From: Halothiobacillus sp.
Lineage (GTDB): Bacteria; Pseudomonadota; Gammaproteobacteria; JAAZVP01
NCBI GenBank assembly: GCA_018623495.1
Contig: JAAZVP010000004.1
Span: 2,016-66,015 of the forward strand
Reading direction: 5' to 3'
Length of the DNA stretch: 64,000 nucleotides
Numbering within the stretch: the first letter of the stretch is position 1; each line of letters begins with the position of its first letter. This document shows, piece by piece, positions 56,003 to 64,000 of the stretch. Both the position numbers and the translations under genes were made by a program. The notes below the pieces were generated by a model that saw nothing but the letters and a program-made list of their open reading frames with translations, was not told the origin of the DNA and searched no databases.

Positions 56003-57814
56003 ATGATGGCCAGGCGTTTCGGGCGCTACGAGCTGCGCGAGGAACTCGGCCGCGGGGCAATGGCGATCATCTACCGCGCGATCGATCCCCGGATCGGCCG
56101 CCCGGTGGCGATCAAGACCCTGCGGGACGAGTTCGCCTCGCGGCCGGAATACCGTCGCCGGTTCCTGCAGGAGGCCCGGGCGGCGGGCACCCTGAGCCAT
56201 CCGAGCATCGTCACCATCTTCGACGTCGGCGAGATCGATGGCTGCCCGTTCATCGCCATGGAGCTGCTCGAGCACGTCACGCTCGACCGCTTCGTCCAGG
56301 AGCAGGGCGGGCGCCTGGAGTTGCCGCTGCTGCTGCGCATCGCCATCCAGGTGGCCGACGCCCTGGATTTCGCCCACCGCCGGGGCATCGTCCACCAGGA
56401 CATCAAGCCGGAAAACATCGCCATCACCAGCGCCAACGGCGACATCAAGGTGATGGACTTCGGCATCGCCCGCATCCTCAGCCAGGACGAGTGGCAGGAG
56501 CACACCAGCAACAGCGAATACCTCTCGGGGACCCCGCAGTACATGTCGCCCGAGCAGATCACCGACTCCACCATCGACGGGCGCAGTGACCTCTACGCCC
56601 TGGGGGTGATGCTCTTCGAGCTGCTCGCCGGCCACGCGCCCTACGAGGACGACGACCACTGGTCGCTGTGGCGCCGGGTGCTCAACGAGCCCTTGCCCCG
56701 GTTGCGTCCGCGGGACAAGGACACCCCCGAAACGCTGGTGGAGCTGGTGCTGACCCTGCTCGCCAAGCGCCCCGAGGACCGTTACCAGTCCGCCTCGGGC
56801 GTGCTCGCCGACCTGCATTCCGTCCAGCAGGAGCTCGCCGAGCGCAACAGCAACTGGTGGATGCGCCAGATCATCCCCCTGGGGGTGCGCTGGTCGCTCT
56901 TGATGGGCGTGGTGATGACGGTGGTCATGGTCATCGGCCTGCTGGTGGTCTCCCAGCGCCAGAACGACGCGATCTCCGAGATGGCCTTCGACTACGGCTT
57001 CTCGCTTTCCGAGTGGGTGGCCACCCAGACCGCCGAGGACCTGCTGCTGCAGGACCGGCTCGCGCTGCAGGCCTGGGTGTCCAGCATGGGCAACAACGCC
57101 AAGATCGTGTTCATGGAGATCCGCGGGCCGGAAGGCGGGATCGTCGCGCGCAGCTACGGTGCGGGGGTCGACGGCACGGTGGCCGAGCAGTTGCGGGCGG
57201 ACCGGGTGGTGGCCACCCGCGGCGAACAGAAGGTCTACGAGGTGCGCACCGACGAGGGCCGGGCCTTCGACGTCTTCGAGATGCCCATCGCCTACCAGGG
57301 ACACCGGATCGGCCGCCTGCACGTGGGCCTGACCACCGATTCGCTGGCCGCGGCCAACCGGACCATGTGGATCACGCTGGTGCTCTGGATCGTGGGCATC
57401 CTGGTGGTGGTCGTGGTGGGGACCTACTGGCTGGGCTGGCGGATGCGCGTGCCCCTCAAGGTGCTCGACAATGCCCTCGACCAGATCAAGGAGGGCCACC
57501 TCGAGCACCGGATCCCCCAGCATCGCCGGGACGAATTCGAGGAAACCTTCGCCAGCTTCAACACCATGGCCGACGCCATCGAGGCCCGGGCCCTGCGGGC
57601 CGCCGGTCGCAGCAGGATGGCGGGGGACGGCGAGGGCGTGGCCCGCGCCGGCGACGGCACGGTCTGCCTGGAAAAACCGGAAGGGGAGGCCGCCGGGGAG
57701 GACCCGGCGGCGCAGGACAGCGTCAGCCCCACGGTCATCGAGGATCCCGGCAACATCCGCCGGGAACGGGAAGGCGAGTCCGGGGAAGGTCCGCGCCGGC
57801 GGATCGGTGGCTGA
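56003..57814 (+). CDS. Hanks-type Ser/Thr kinase with TM-periplasmic-TM-HAMP C-terminal region
   Basis: LGRGAM, VAIK, HQDIKPEN, DFG, GTPQYMSPEQ, RSDLY; two TM helices; HAMP (PL..L......I..G....RI...RRDEF...F..FN.MA). Confidence 0.93.
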   Translation: MMARRFGRYELREELGRGAMAIIYRAIDPRIGRPVAIKTLRDEFASRPEYRRRFLQEARAAGTLSHPSIVTIFDVGEIDGCPFIAMELLEHVTLDRFVQEQGGRLELPLLLRIAIQVADALDFAHRRGIVHQDIKPENIAITSANGDIKVMDFGIARILSQDEWQEHTSNSEYLSGTPQYMSPEQITDSTIDGRSDLYALGVMLFELLAGHAPYEDDDHWSLWRRVLNEPLPRLRPRDKDTPETLVELVLTLLAKRPEDRYQSASGVLADLHSVQQELAERNSNWWMRQIIPLGVRWSLLMGVVMTVVMVIGLLVVSQRQNDAISEMAFDYGFSLSEWVATQTAEDLLLQDRLALQAWVSSMGNNAKIVFMEIRGPEGGIVARSYGAGVDGTVAEQLRADRVVATRGEQKVYEVRTDEGRAFDVFEMPIAYQGHRIGRLHVGLTTDSLAAANRTMWITLVLWIVGILVVVVVGTYWLGWRMRVPLKVLDNALDQIKEGHLEHRIPQHRRDEFEETFASFNTMADAIEARALRAAGRSRMAGDGEGVARAGDGTVCLEKPEGEAAGEDPAAQDSVSPTVIEDPGNIRREREGESGEGPRRRIGG

Positions 57815-57852
57815 AGGCGGTCGGGGCCGGGCCCTGACCCCCGCCGCCGTGT

Positions 57853-58758
57853 TCAGTCGCCGCGTTCGTCCAGCTGCTGGAGGCGACGGCGGAGTTCCAT
57901 GGCCCGGGCGCGGTAGCCCAGCGCCGCCTGGTAGTCGGGGGCGATCTCCAGGGCCCGGTTCCACAGATCGATCGCACGGTCCAGGTCATGCGCCTGGTAG
58001 GCGGCCAGTGCGCGCTCGTGGTAGCGGGTGGCGATCTGCCGGGCCAGCGCCTGCATGTGGCGTTTCGCCGGTTGCAACGTCGGTTCGATGGCCACCGCGC
58101 GCTTGAATGCCAGGTAGGCGGTCTTGTCCTCGCCCCGTTCCAGCGCCTCCAGCCCGGTCGCCTGGTGATCCAGCGCGGCTGGCGCGTATTCCGGCGCACC
58201 CCCCGCCGGCGCCTCGGCCGTTTTTTCATCGCGTCCGGCGTCTTCGGATCTCGGCATCTTTTCGGTTTTCTCGCCGTGGTCGCTCGCCGGCAGCTTGATC
58301 ACCTGGCCCACGCGCAGGTTGCGGCTCACGTCGATCCCGTTGTAGCGCGCGAGGATTACGAATTTCATCGGGTTGCCCAGGTGCTCGGCGGCCAGTGCCC
58401 CCAGCGTGTCGCCCTCGCGGATGGCGTATTCGCGTGCCGGGGGGCCGAGGGCCTCGCGCGGGTCGGCCTCGAGCTGCGCCAGCAGGCTCTCGGCGGTGGG
58501 CGAGTCCGGGTGCACGTGCAGGTACCACTGGAGCACGCGGCGGCCCTTTTCCAGCTTGCCCTGCTCCAGCATGTCGATGATCGCGCCGATCTCCGGGGGC
58601 TCGGGGGGCGGTTCCGGCTCGGCGGGCTTCGCCGGCTCGGGCGCCGGGGCCGGCGGAGCCTCGGGCGGGGGCCCCTCCTGCTTGACGCCCAGCTGGTTGC
58701 AGCCCGCCACGACGGGCAGTAGCAGGAACAGCGGGATCAGTTGACGGCGAATCGGCAT
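57853..58758 (-). CDS. LysM- and TPR-containing lipoprotein
   Basis: Lipobox VVAGC, Pro-rich linker, LysM (YAIREGDTLG.LA...N.I.....L.VGQ.I.LP), C-terminal TPRs (AIDLWNRALEIAPD). Confidence 0.88.
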   Translation of the reverse strand: MPIRRQLIPLFLLLPVVAGCNQLGVKQEGPPPEAPPAPAPEPAKPAEPEPPPEPPEIGAIIDMLEQGKLEKGRRVLQWYLHVHPDSPTAESLLAQLEADPREALGPPAREYAIREGDTLGALAAEHLGNPMKFVILARYNGIDVSRNLRVGQVIKLPASDHGEKTEKMPRSEDAGRDEKTAEAPAGGAPEYAPAALDHQATGLEALERGEDKTAYLAFKRAVAIEPTLQPAKRHMQALARQIATRYHERALAAYQAHDLDRAIDLWNRALEIAPDYQAALGYRARAMELRRRLQQLDERGD

Positions 58759-58782
58759 TGGGTTGCTGCGGTTCTCTGCGAT

Positions 58783-59589
58783 TTACGTGGGACAACGGCC
58801 TATCGGCAGGGGAAGCCTGCCCAGCCAGCCGGACGGCCGGGAGCGCCAGACGGCGAGGCCGATGTTGTCCCCCTTCGGCCCGCCGCGGTGCGCCGCCTCG
58901 GCCACCCAGCCCGAGACACTCGTCGGCAGGTGGCGGGCGTCGAGCATGTCGGCGAGGGCCTCGCGGGGTTCAATGGTATCCCAGAAACCGTCGGAGCACA
59001 GGAAAAAGGCCATGCACGGCGCCACCGACATCTGCCCCTGGGCCGGCTGCACCTCGTCCTCCATCCCCAGCACCCGCAACAGCTGGTTGCGTTGCGCGTG
59101 GACGCGGACCTCGTCCTCGCCGATCCGGCCCTGGTCCACCAGCGCCTGGACCAGCGAATGGTCGCGGGTGCGGTGGACCAGCCGGCCGTTGCGAAAGCAG
59201 TAGAGCCGGCTGTCGCCCACGTGCAGCCAGTAGGCCCGCCGGGGCGTGACCAGCAGCGCGACGAGGGTGGAGAAACCCTGGCCGCCGTGGCCGGCGGAAC
59301 GCTCGCGGATGGCCTCGTTGGACTGCCGGCAGAGGTCGCGGAGAAAGCCGGCCGGGTCGCTGGGGACCGTCTCCAGGTCGGCGAAGCACTCGCCCGCCAG
59401 CTCCACGATCGTCTGCGCCGCCAGCGCGCCGCCCCGGTGGCCGCCCACGCCGTCGGCGACCACCAGCAGCCGCATCGAGCCATCCGCCGACGTGCGGCAG
59501 AGCACACGGTCCTGCTGGCTGGCGCGACCGCCGATGTGGCTGTCGCAACCGATGGCATCCTTGAAACCGCCGCGTCTACCCAGGATCAC
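58783..59589 (-). CDS. PP2C/PPM family Ser/Thr phosphatase (start 59589 or 59604)
   Basis: GGR..QQDR, VVADG.GGH.GG, HVGDSRLY, TRDHS, RN.L.R.LG, LCSDG, GDN. Confidence 0.93.
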   Translation of the reverse strand: MILGRRGGFKDAIGCDSHIGGRASQQDRVLCRTSADGSMRLLVVADGVGGHRGGALAAQTIVELAGECFADLETVPSDPAGFLRDLCRQSNEAIRERSAGHGGQGFSTLVALLVTPRRAYWLHVGDSRLYCFRNGRLVHRTRDHSLVQALVDQGRIGEDEVRVHAQRNQLLRVLGMEDEVQPAQGQMSVAPCMAFFLCSDGFWDTIEPREALADMLDARHLPTSVSGWVAEAAHRGGPKGDNIGLAVWRSRPSGWLGRLPLPIGRCPT

Positions 59590-59778
59590 TCCCTGCTTCC
59601 CCAACCGGGCGCCGGCGGCCGGGCCGCCTCGGGCGCGAAGATCTCCCGTGATGCTAGCACGGATGGCGCCCGCGCCGTCGCCGCGGGCGCCTGCGGGCGG
59701 CGGGGATCGGCCACTTGCACCGCTCGCCTGGTTTGGCGCAACAGTGGCGGTCGGCCTGGATCGGTGGGGCCGCCGTCC

Positions 59779-61029
59779 TTATCCCGCCGTGCTGAAATGC
59801 CGCCGGAAGCGGGCCATGGCCACCAGGAAGACGGCCAGGCCGATGGCGGCCATCATGACGAGTTCGTCTTTCACGATGGCCAGATCCGCGTCGCGGAAGA
59901 GCACGGCCATGGAGAAGTCCACGTAGTAGCGCAGCGGGGAGATGGCCATCAGGTCCCGCAGCCAGCCGGGCATGGATTCGGCGGGGGTGAACACCCCGGA
60001 GAGAAAGACCATGGGCGTGACCACCAGCATCAGTACCAGCACGAACTGCGCCACGGTGCGCACCAGGGTGGCCAGCACCATGCCGATGGCGGTGGCGGAG
60101 AACTGGTAGACCAGGGTCCCCAGCAGGAACAGCGGTGTAGAACCGGGGATGGGAGTGGCCAGCACGTTGCCGATGATGATCCACAGTGACAGAGTGGCCC
60201 CGACCTGCACCACCAGGGCATTCGACCCGATCTTGGCCAGCATGATCTCCGCCGGGGTCAGGGGCATGACCAGCAGGTGCTCGATGGTGCCGTGTTCCTG
60301 CTCGCGGATCAGGGCGGCGGCGGGGAGCATGATGGAGAGCACGGTGACCATCAGCAGCAGCTCCGCCACGCCCAGAAACCAGGTGGCTTCGGCGTTGGCG
60401 TTGTACTGGATGCGGACCACGGCATCGATCGGCGGGGCCCGCTCGCTGGATTGCAGAAAGCGGCGGGTCTCGTCCTCGATGATGCGCTGGATGTAGACCG
60501 CGCCGGTGAAGGCCTGGCCCACGGCCGTGGCGTCCACGTTGAGCTGCACGGTGGGCGATTGGCCCGCCACCAGGTCGGCCTGGAAGTCCGGCGGGATGTC
60601 CAACACGAAGGTGTAGCGGCCGGAATCCAGAGCCTCGTCGATGGCGTCGACCGAAATGCGTTCCGGCGGCTGGAACTCGGGTTCCTGGAAGCCGGCCACG
60701 ATCCGCTGGGCCACCGTGGAGCGATCCTCGTCGACCACTGCCACGGCGGCGTTTTTCACCTGCACCGCCTGGTCGGTGGCGGTGATGATGTCCAGGGAGA
60801 AGGCATAGACCACGAACAGCAGCAGGATCGGGTCGTGGCGCAGGCTGGCCAGTTCCTTGATGCCGAGGTGAAAGATCCGCAAACACCCCGAGAGAACTGC
60901 TGCGCCACCCGATGGCTGCGTTGGGAGGTGCTCGCTTCCTCGCCTATCTGCTTGATATGTCTCGGGCGCTGCGCGCCTTCCGCCTTGCCCTCGGGTCGCT
61001 CGCGACGCTCTCTCAGGGTGTTTGTTCAT
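59779..61029 (-). CDS. yhhJ: ABC-2 type permease (YhhJ-like) with N-terminal element-derived extension
   Basis: LGIKEL.SL.HD, AVVDED.S, IPPDF..DL.AG, IREQEHGTIEHLLVMPL, LSG..TP.ESMP. Confidence 0.88.
   Translation of the reverse strand: MNKHPERASRATRGQGGRRAAPETYQADRRGSEHLPTQPSGGAAVLSGCLRIFHLGIKELASLRHDPILLLFVVYAFSLDIITATDQAVQVKNAAVAVVDEDRSTVAQRIVAGFQEPEFQPPERISVDAIDEALDSGRYTFVLDIPPDFQADLVAGQSPTVQLNVDATAVGQAFTGAVYIQRIIEDETRRFLQSSERAPPIDAVVRIQYNANAEATWFLGVAELLLMVTVLSIMLPAAALIREQEHGTIEHLLVMPLTPAEIMLAKIGSNALVVQVGATLSLWIIIGNVLATPIPGSTPLFLLGTLVYQFSATAIGMVLATLVRTVAQFVLVLMLVVTPMVFLSGVFTPAESMPGWLRDLMAISPLRYYVDFSMAVLFRDADLAIVKDELVMMAAIGLAVFLVAMARFRRHFSTAG
60881..61023. mobile_element. 143-bp MITE/RPE-like palindromic element
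   Basis: Terminal inverted repeats aaacaccccgagaga / tctctcagggtgttt (14/15 match); internal self-complementarity; lower GC than the surrounding genes. Confidence 0.8.
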
Positions 61030-61030
61030 C

Positions 61031-63859
61031 TCAGCGCTCCCGCTTGCGCAGCAGCAGGGTGCTGGCCGCCGTGATCACCGCGAAGAAGATCACCAGGGCC
61101 GCGTAGTCGTCCAGCAGCGGGGCGATCCCCAGGTCCTTGGTGAAGGTGCCCACCGAGATGTTGAGGAAGTAGGTGGTGGGGAACAGGTTGCCGAACAGCC
61201 AGGATCCGCCCTCCAGGCTGGAGACGGGTGAGAGCAGCCCCGAGTACTGGAAGGAGGGGATCATGGTCAGGATCAGGGTGACGAACGAGGCGGCCACCTG
61301 GGTGCGGGTGAAGATCGAGATCAGCAGCCCGATGCTGGTGGCCGCGAAGGCGAAGGGGATGGCCCCCAGCACCAGGGCGGTGATGCTGCCGCCGATGGGC
61401 ACGTCGAACAGCAACACCGTCAGCCCGGCCAGGATGACGAAATTGAGGAAGGTGATCACCGCATAGGGCAGCTGCTTGCCCCACAAGAACTCCAGCTTGC
61501 GGGTGGGCGTGGCGTAGAAGTTGGTGATCGAGCCCAGCTCGCGCTCGCGGACCACGGCCACCGCGGTGAGCATGGCCGGGATCAGCACCAGGATGGCGGC
61601 GATCAGCCCGGGGACGAAGGCGTTTTTCGAGAGCAGGGCCTGGTTGTACCAGTAGCGGGTGGCCACGTTCACGTCGGCCGCCAGCAGGGCCTCCAGGCCA
61701 CGATCCCGGGCCAGGCGCTCGACATGATCGGCATGCACCCCCAGGGCATAACCCCGGGCGGTCTCGGCCCGGTAGGGCATGGTGCCCTCGATGCGCAGGG
61801 CCACCTCGGTGGGCCGCCCCGAGCGCAGGTCGGCACCGAAATCCGGAGGGATCTCGATGCCCAGGCGCGTCTGTCCCTGCTGGAAGCTCTTTTCCATGGC
61901 CGCCTGGCTGTCCACGGTCACGATCTTCTCGAAGTAGGGCGAGGCCGCAAAGGCCTGCACGTACTCCCGGCTTTCGGGGCTCCGGTCCTGGTCGAGAACG
62001 GCAAAGGGCAGGCGCTGGATGTCCAGGTTCAGGCCGAAGCCGAAGATCAGCATGAGCATCACGGGCACCAGGAAGGCGGAGAACAGCCGGAAGGGATCGC
62101 GCCAGATTTGCAGGGTTTCCCGCCAGGCGAGCGCGACCAGGCGGGCGGGGGAGAAGCCCCTTGCCCTCACCCCAACCCCTCTCCCGGAGGGAGAGGGGCC
62201 AACGGCAGCATTCGGCGCTTTCCCGTGATTCGATGGGCCACCATCGGCGGCATTCGTTGCTTTCCCACGGTCGAGGGGAGCACCCATAGCCCCTCTCCCT
62301 GGGGGAGAGGGGTTGGGGTGAGGGGATGAACCCTCCCCCCGATCCTCCCGGATGTATTCCACGAAGGCCGCCTCCAGGTCGCTGGCGCCCCTGGACTCGA
62401 TCAGTCCCTCGGGGGTGTCGCAGGCCAGGATGTGGCCGGCGTTCATCAGAGCCACGCGGTCGCAGCGCATGGCCTCGGCCAGGTAGTGGGTGGAGACGAA
62501 GATGGTGGTGCCAAAGTCCCGGGCCAGTTCCTGGAGCCGGGCCCAGAACAGGTCGCGGGCCACGGGATCGACCCCGGAGGTGGGCTCGTCCAGGATGAGG
62601 ATGGCCGGTCGGTGGATCACCGCCACGGCCAGCGAGAGCCGCTGGCGCAGGCCCAGCGGCAGGTCGCTGGCGGTCTCGTTGCGAACCCCTTCCAGGTCGT
62701 AGCGGTCGAGGGTTTCCGTCACCCGTTCGCCGATTGCTCCGGGTGGCACACCGAACAGCCGGGCGTGCAGGGCGAGGTTCTGGCCCACGGTGAGCTCGCC
62801 GTAGAGCGAGAAGCTCTGGGACATGTAGCCCAGGTTGCGCCGCAGGTCGCGATCGCCGGCCTTCACCTTGCGGCCGAAGAGCTCGGCCTCGCCCGCCGAC
62901 GGGCGCAGCAGCCCGGTGACCATCTTCATGGTGGTGGTCTTGCCGCAGCCGTTGGGGCCCACGAAGCCGAAGATCTCGCCGCGGCCGATCTGGAAGTCCA
63001 CGCCGTCCACCGCGGTGAACGAGCCGAAGCGCCGGGTCAGTCCCCGGGCCTCCACGGCGGGCTCGGCGTATGGTGTCGGGCGCCCCTCGTCCTCGAAGGC
63101 GGCGTGGCCCTGGCGCTTGTCCTCGGGGAGCAGGCGGATATAGGCATTGTCCAGGGTATCGGCCCCGGTGCGTTGCTTGAGCTCGGCGGGTGTGCCCTCG
63201 GCGATGAGGCGGCCGTCGTTCATCATGGCCAGACCGTCGAAGCGATCGGCCTCGGGCATGTAGGAGGTGGCCACGATCACCGCCATCCGCGGGGCGTGTT
63301 CCCGCATCCGCTGGATCAGTTCCCAGAACTCTTCCCGGGAGAGGGGATCGACCCCGGTGGTGGGTTCGTCGAGCAGCAGCAGGTCGGGCTCGTGGATCAG
63401 GGCGCAGCAGAGCCCCAGTTTCTGCTTCATCCCCCCGGAGAGGTTGCGGGCCCGGCGCCGGGCGAACGGGGCCAGGCCGGTGGCGGCCATCAGCTCGTCG
63501 CGGCGCTGGCGAAGGCGGGCCCGGGGGATGGAGAAGAGCCGGCCGAAGAAGTCGATGTTCTCCGCCACGGAGAGTTCGCCGTAGAGGTTCTGCCCCAGCC
63601 CCTGGGGCATGAAGGCGATGCGGTGGCAGACCGCGAGGCGGTGGTGCTCCCGGGCCATGTCCCCGCCCAGGACCGCGATCTCGCCCGACTGGACGTGTTT
63701 CACCCCGGCGATCAGCCCCAGCAGGGTGGACTTGCCCACGCCGTCCGGGCCGATCACCCCGAACAGCCGGCCCTCGTCCACGGCGAGGTCCACGCCGCGC
63801 AGGGCGGGGGTGTCGCCGTAGCGGTGGGCGGCTCCGCGGACGTGGACGGCCTCAGCCAT
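61031..63859 (-). CDS. rbbA: RbbA/YhiH-like ABC protein (two ATPase domains plus permease)
   Basis: GPDGVGKS, MPQGLG.NLY, LSGGMKQKLGLCCALIH, GPNGCGKT, LPLG.RQRLSLAVA, DEPTSGVDP, VRERELGSI.NFY.TP. Confidence 0.92.
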   Translation of the reverse strand: MAEAVHVRGAAHRYGDTPALRGVDLAVDEGRLFGVIGPDGVGKSTLLGLIAGVKHVQSGEIAVLGGDMAREHHRLAVCHRIAFMPQGLGQNLYGELSVAENIDFFGRLFSIPRARLRQRRDELMAATGLAPFARRRARNLSGGMKQKLGLCCALIHEPDLLLLDEPTTGVDPLSREEFWELIQRMREHAPRMAVIVATSYMPEADRFDGLAMMNDGRLIAEGTPAELKQRTGADTLDNAYIRLLPEDKRQGHAAFEDEGRPTPYAEPAVEARGLTRRFGSFTAVDGVDFQIGRGEIFGFVGPNGCGKTTTMKMVTGLLRPSAGEAELFGRKVKAGDRDLRRNLGYMSQSFSLYGELTVGQNLALHARLFGVPPGAIGERVTETLDRYDLEGVRNETASDLPLGLRQRLSLAVAVIHRPAILILDEPTSGVDPVARDLFWARLQELARDFGTTIFVSTHYLAEAMRCDRVALMNAGHILACDTPEGLIESRGASDLEAAFVEYIREDRGEGSSPHPNPSPPGRGAMGAPLDRGKATNAADGGPSNHGKAPNAAVGPSPSGRGVGVRARGFSPARLVALAWRETLQIWRDPFRLFSAFLVPVMLMLIFGFGLNLDIQRLPFAVLDQDRSPESREYVQAFAASPYFEKIVTVDSQAAMEKSFQQGQTRLGIEIPPDFGADLRSGRPTEVALRIEGTMPYRAETARGYALGVHADHVERLARDRGLEALLAADVNVATRYWYNQALLSKNAFVPGLIAAILVLIPAMLTAVAVVRERELGSITNFYATPTRKLEFLWGKQLPYAVITFLNFVILAGLTVLLFDVPIGGSITALVLGAIPFAFAATSIGLLISIFTRTQVAASFVTLILTMIPSFQYSGLLSPVSSLEGGSWLFGNLFPTTYFLNISVGTFTKDLGIAPLLDDYAALVIFFAVITAASTLLLRKRER
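62164..62324. repeat. Inverted pair of 35-bp CCCTCACCCCAACCCCTCTCCC-type palindromic elements, in-frame in rbbA
   Basis: 62164-62198 and 62290-62324 are reverse complements (33/35). Each holds a CCCCTCTCCC..GGGAGAGGGG hairpin, and a 42-bp-period direct repeat lies between them. Confidence 0.9.
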
Positions 63860-64000
63860 CGTCGGCCGGTTCCGGTTGGGTCAGCTCGATCTCGGCCACG
63901 CCCGGCATGCCGGGTTTCAGCAGGCCATCGGGATTTTCCAGGGCCCGGACCTTCACCCGGAACATCAGCTTCTGGCGCTCGGCCCGGGTCTCCACCTGCT
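63852..64000 (-). CDS. HlyD/YhiI-like membrane fusion protein, 3' fragment
   Basis: QVETRAERQKLMFRVKVR...LLKPGMPGVAEI; stop codon overlaps the rbbA start. Confidence 0.88.
   Translation of the reverse strand, partial: QVETRAERQKLMFRVKVRALENPDGLLKPGMPGVAEIELTQPEPADDG

Noticed and set aside
55445-59604. Type VI secretion locus
   Set aside because: No tssA-M, hcp, vgrG or clpV genes in the window; only the phospho-signalling genes are present.

Overview
A very GC-rich window with acidic (Glu/Asp-rich) proteins. The genes point to a Gammaproteobacterium, probably halophilic and Chromatiales/Ectothiorhodospiraceae-like (inference). In order: the end of a flagellar operon (fliE-F-G-H-I-J-K), RDD/csiV/mfd, two tandem DUF1631-like paralogs, an agmatine-deiminase homolog that has lost its catalytic residues, sfsA, lolC/E-lolD, DUF2062, comEC, valS, a PilZ protein, recQ, DUF1820 and an ABC_ATPase-family protein. 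Next come a split class II ribonucleotide reductase (nrdJa carrying a LAGLIDADG intein, plus nrdJb), a sulfatase and phoD behind a Pho box, an SDR, a stand-alone Aer-type PAS protein, a heme-c chemoreceptor with a sigma-28 promoter, DUF3999/DUF2339, a MASE1-LOV-GGDEF cyclase and a sulfotransferase. The window ends with a compact FHA / kinase-HAMP / LysM-TPR lipoprotein / PP2C module and an rbbA-yhhJ-type ABC operon. Best candidates for undescribed biology: (1) the four-gene Ser/Thr phospho-signalling module with an inverted kinase-TM-sensor-TM-HAMP receptor and no T6SS genes nearby; (2) four different palindromic element families, three of them inserted in-frame inside coding genes; (3) the deiminase pseudoenzyme; (4) the DUF1631 pair with a variable Pro-Glu spacer. 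No rRNA, tRNA, CRISPR array or transposase was recognised. All family names come from motif recognition by eye, not from database searches.
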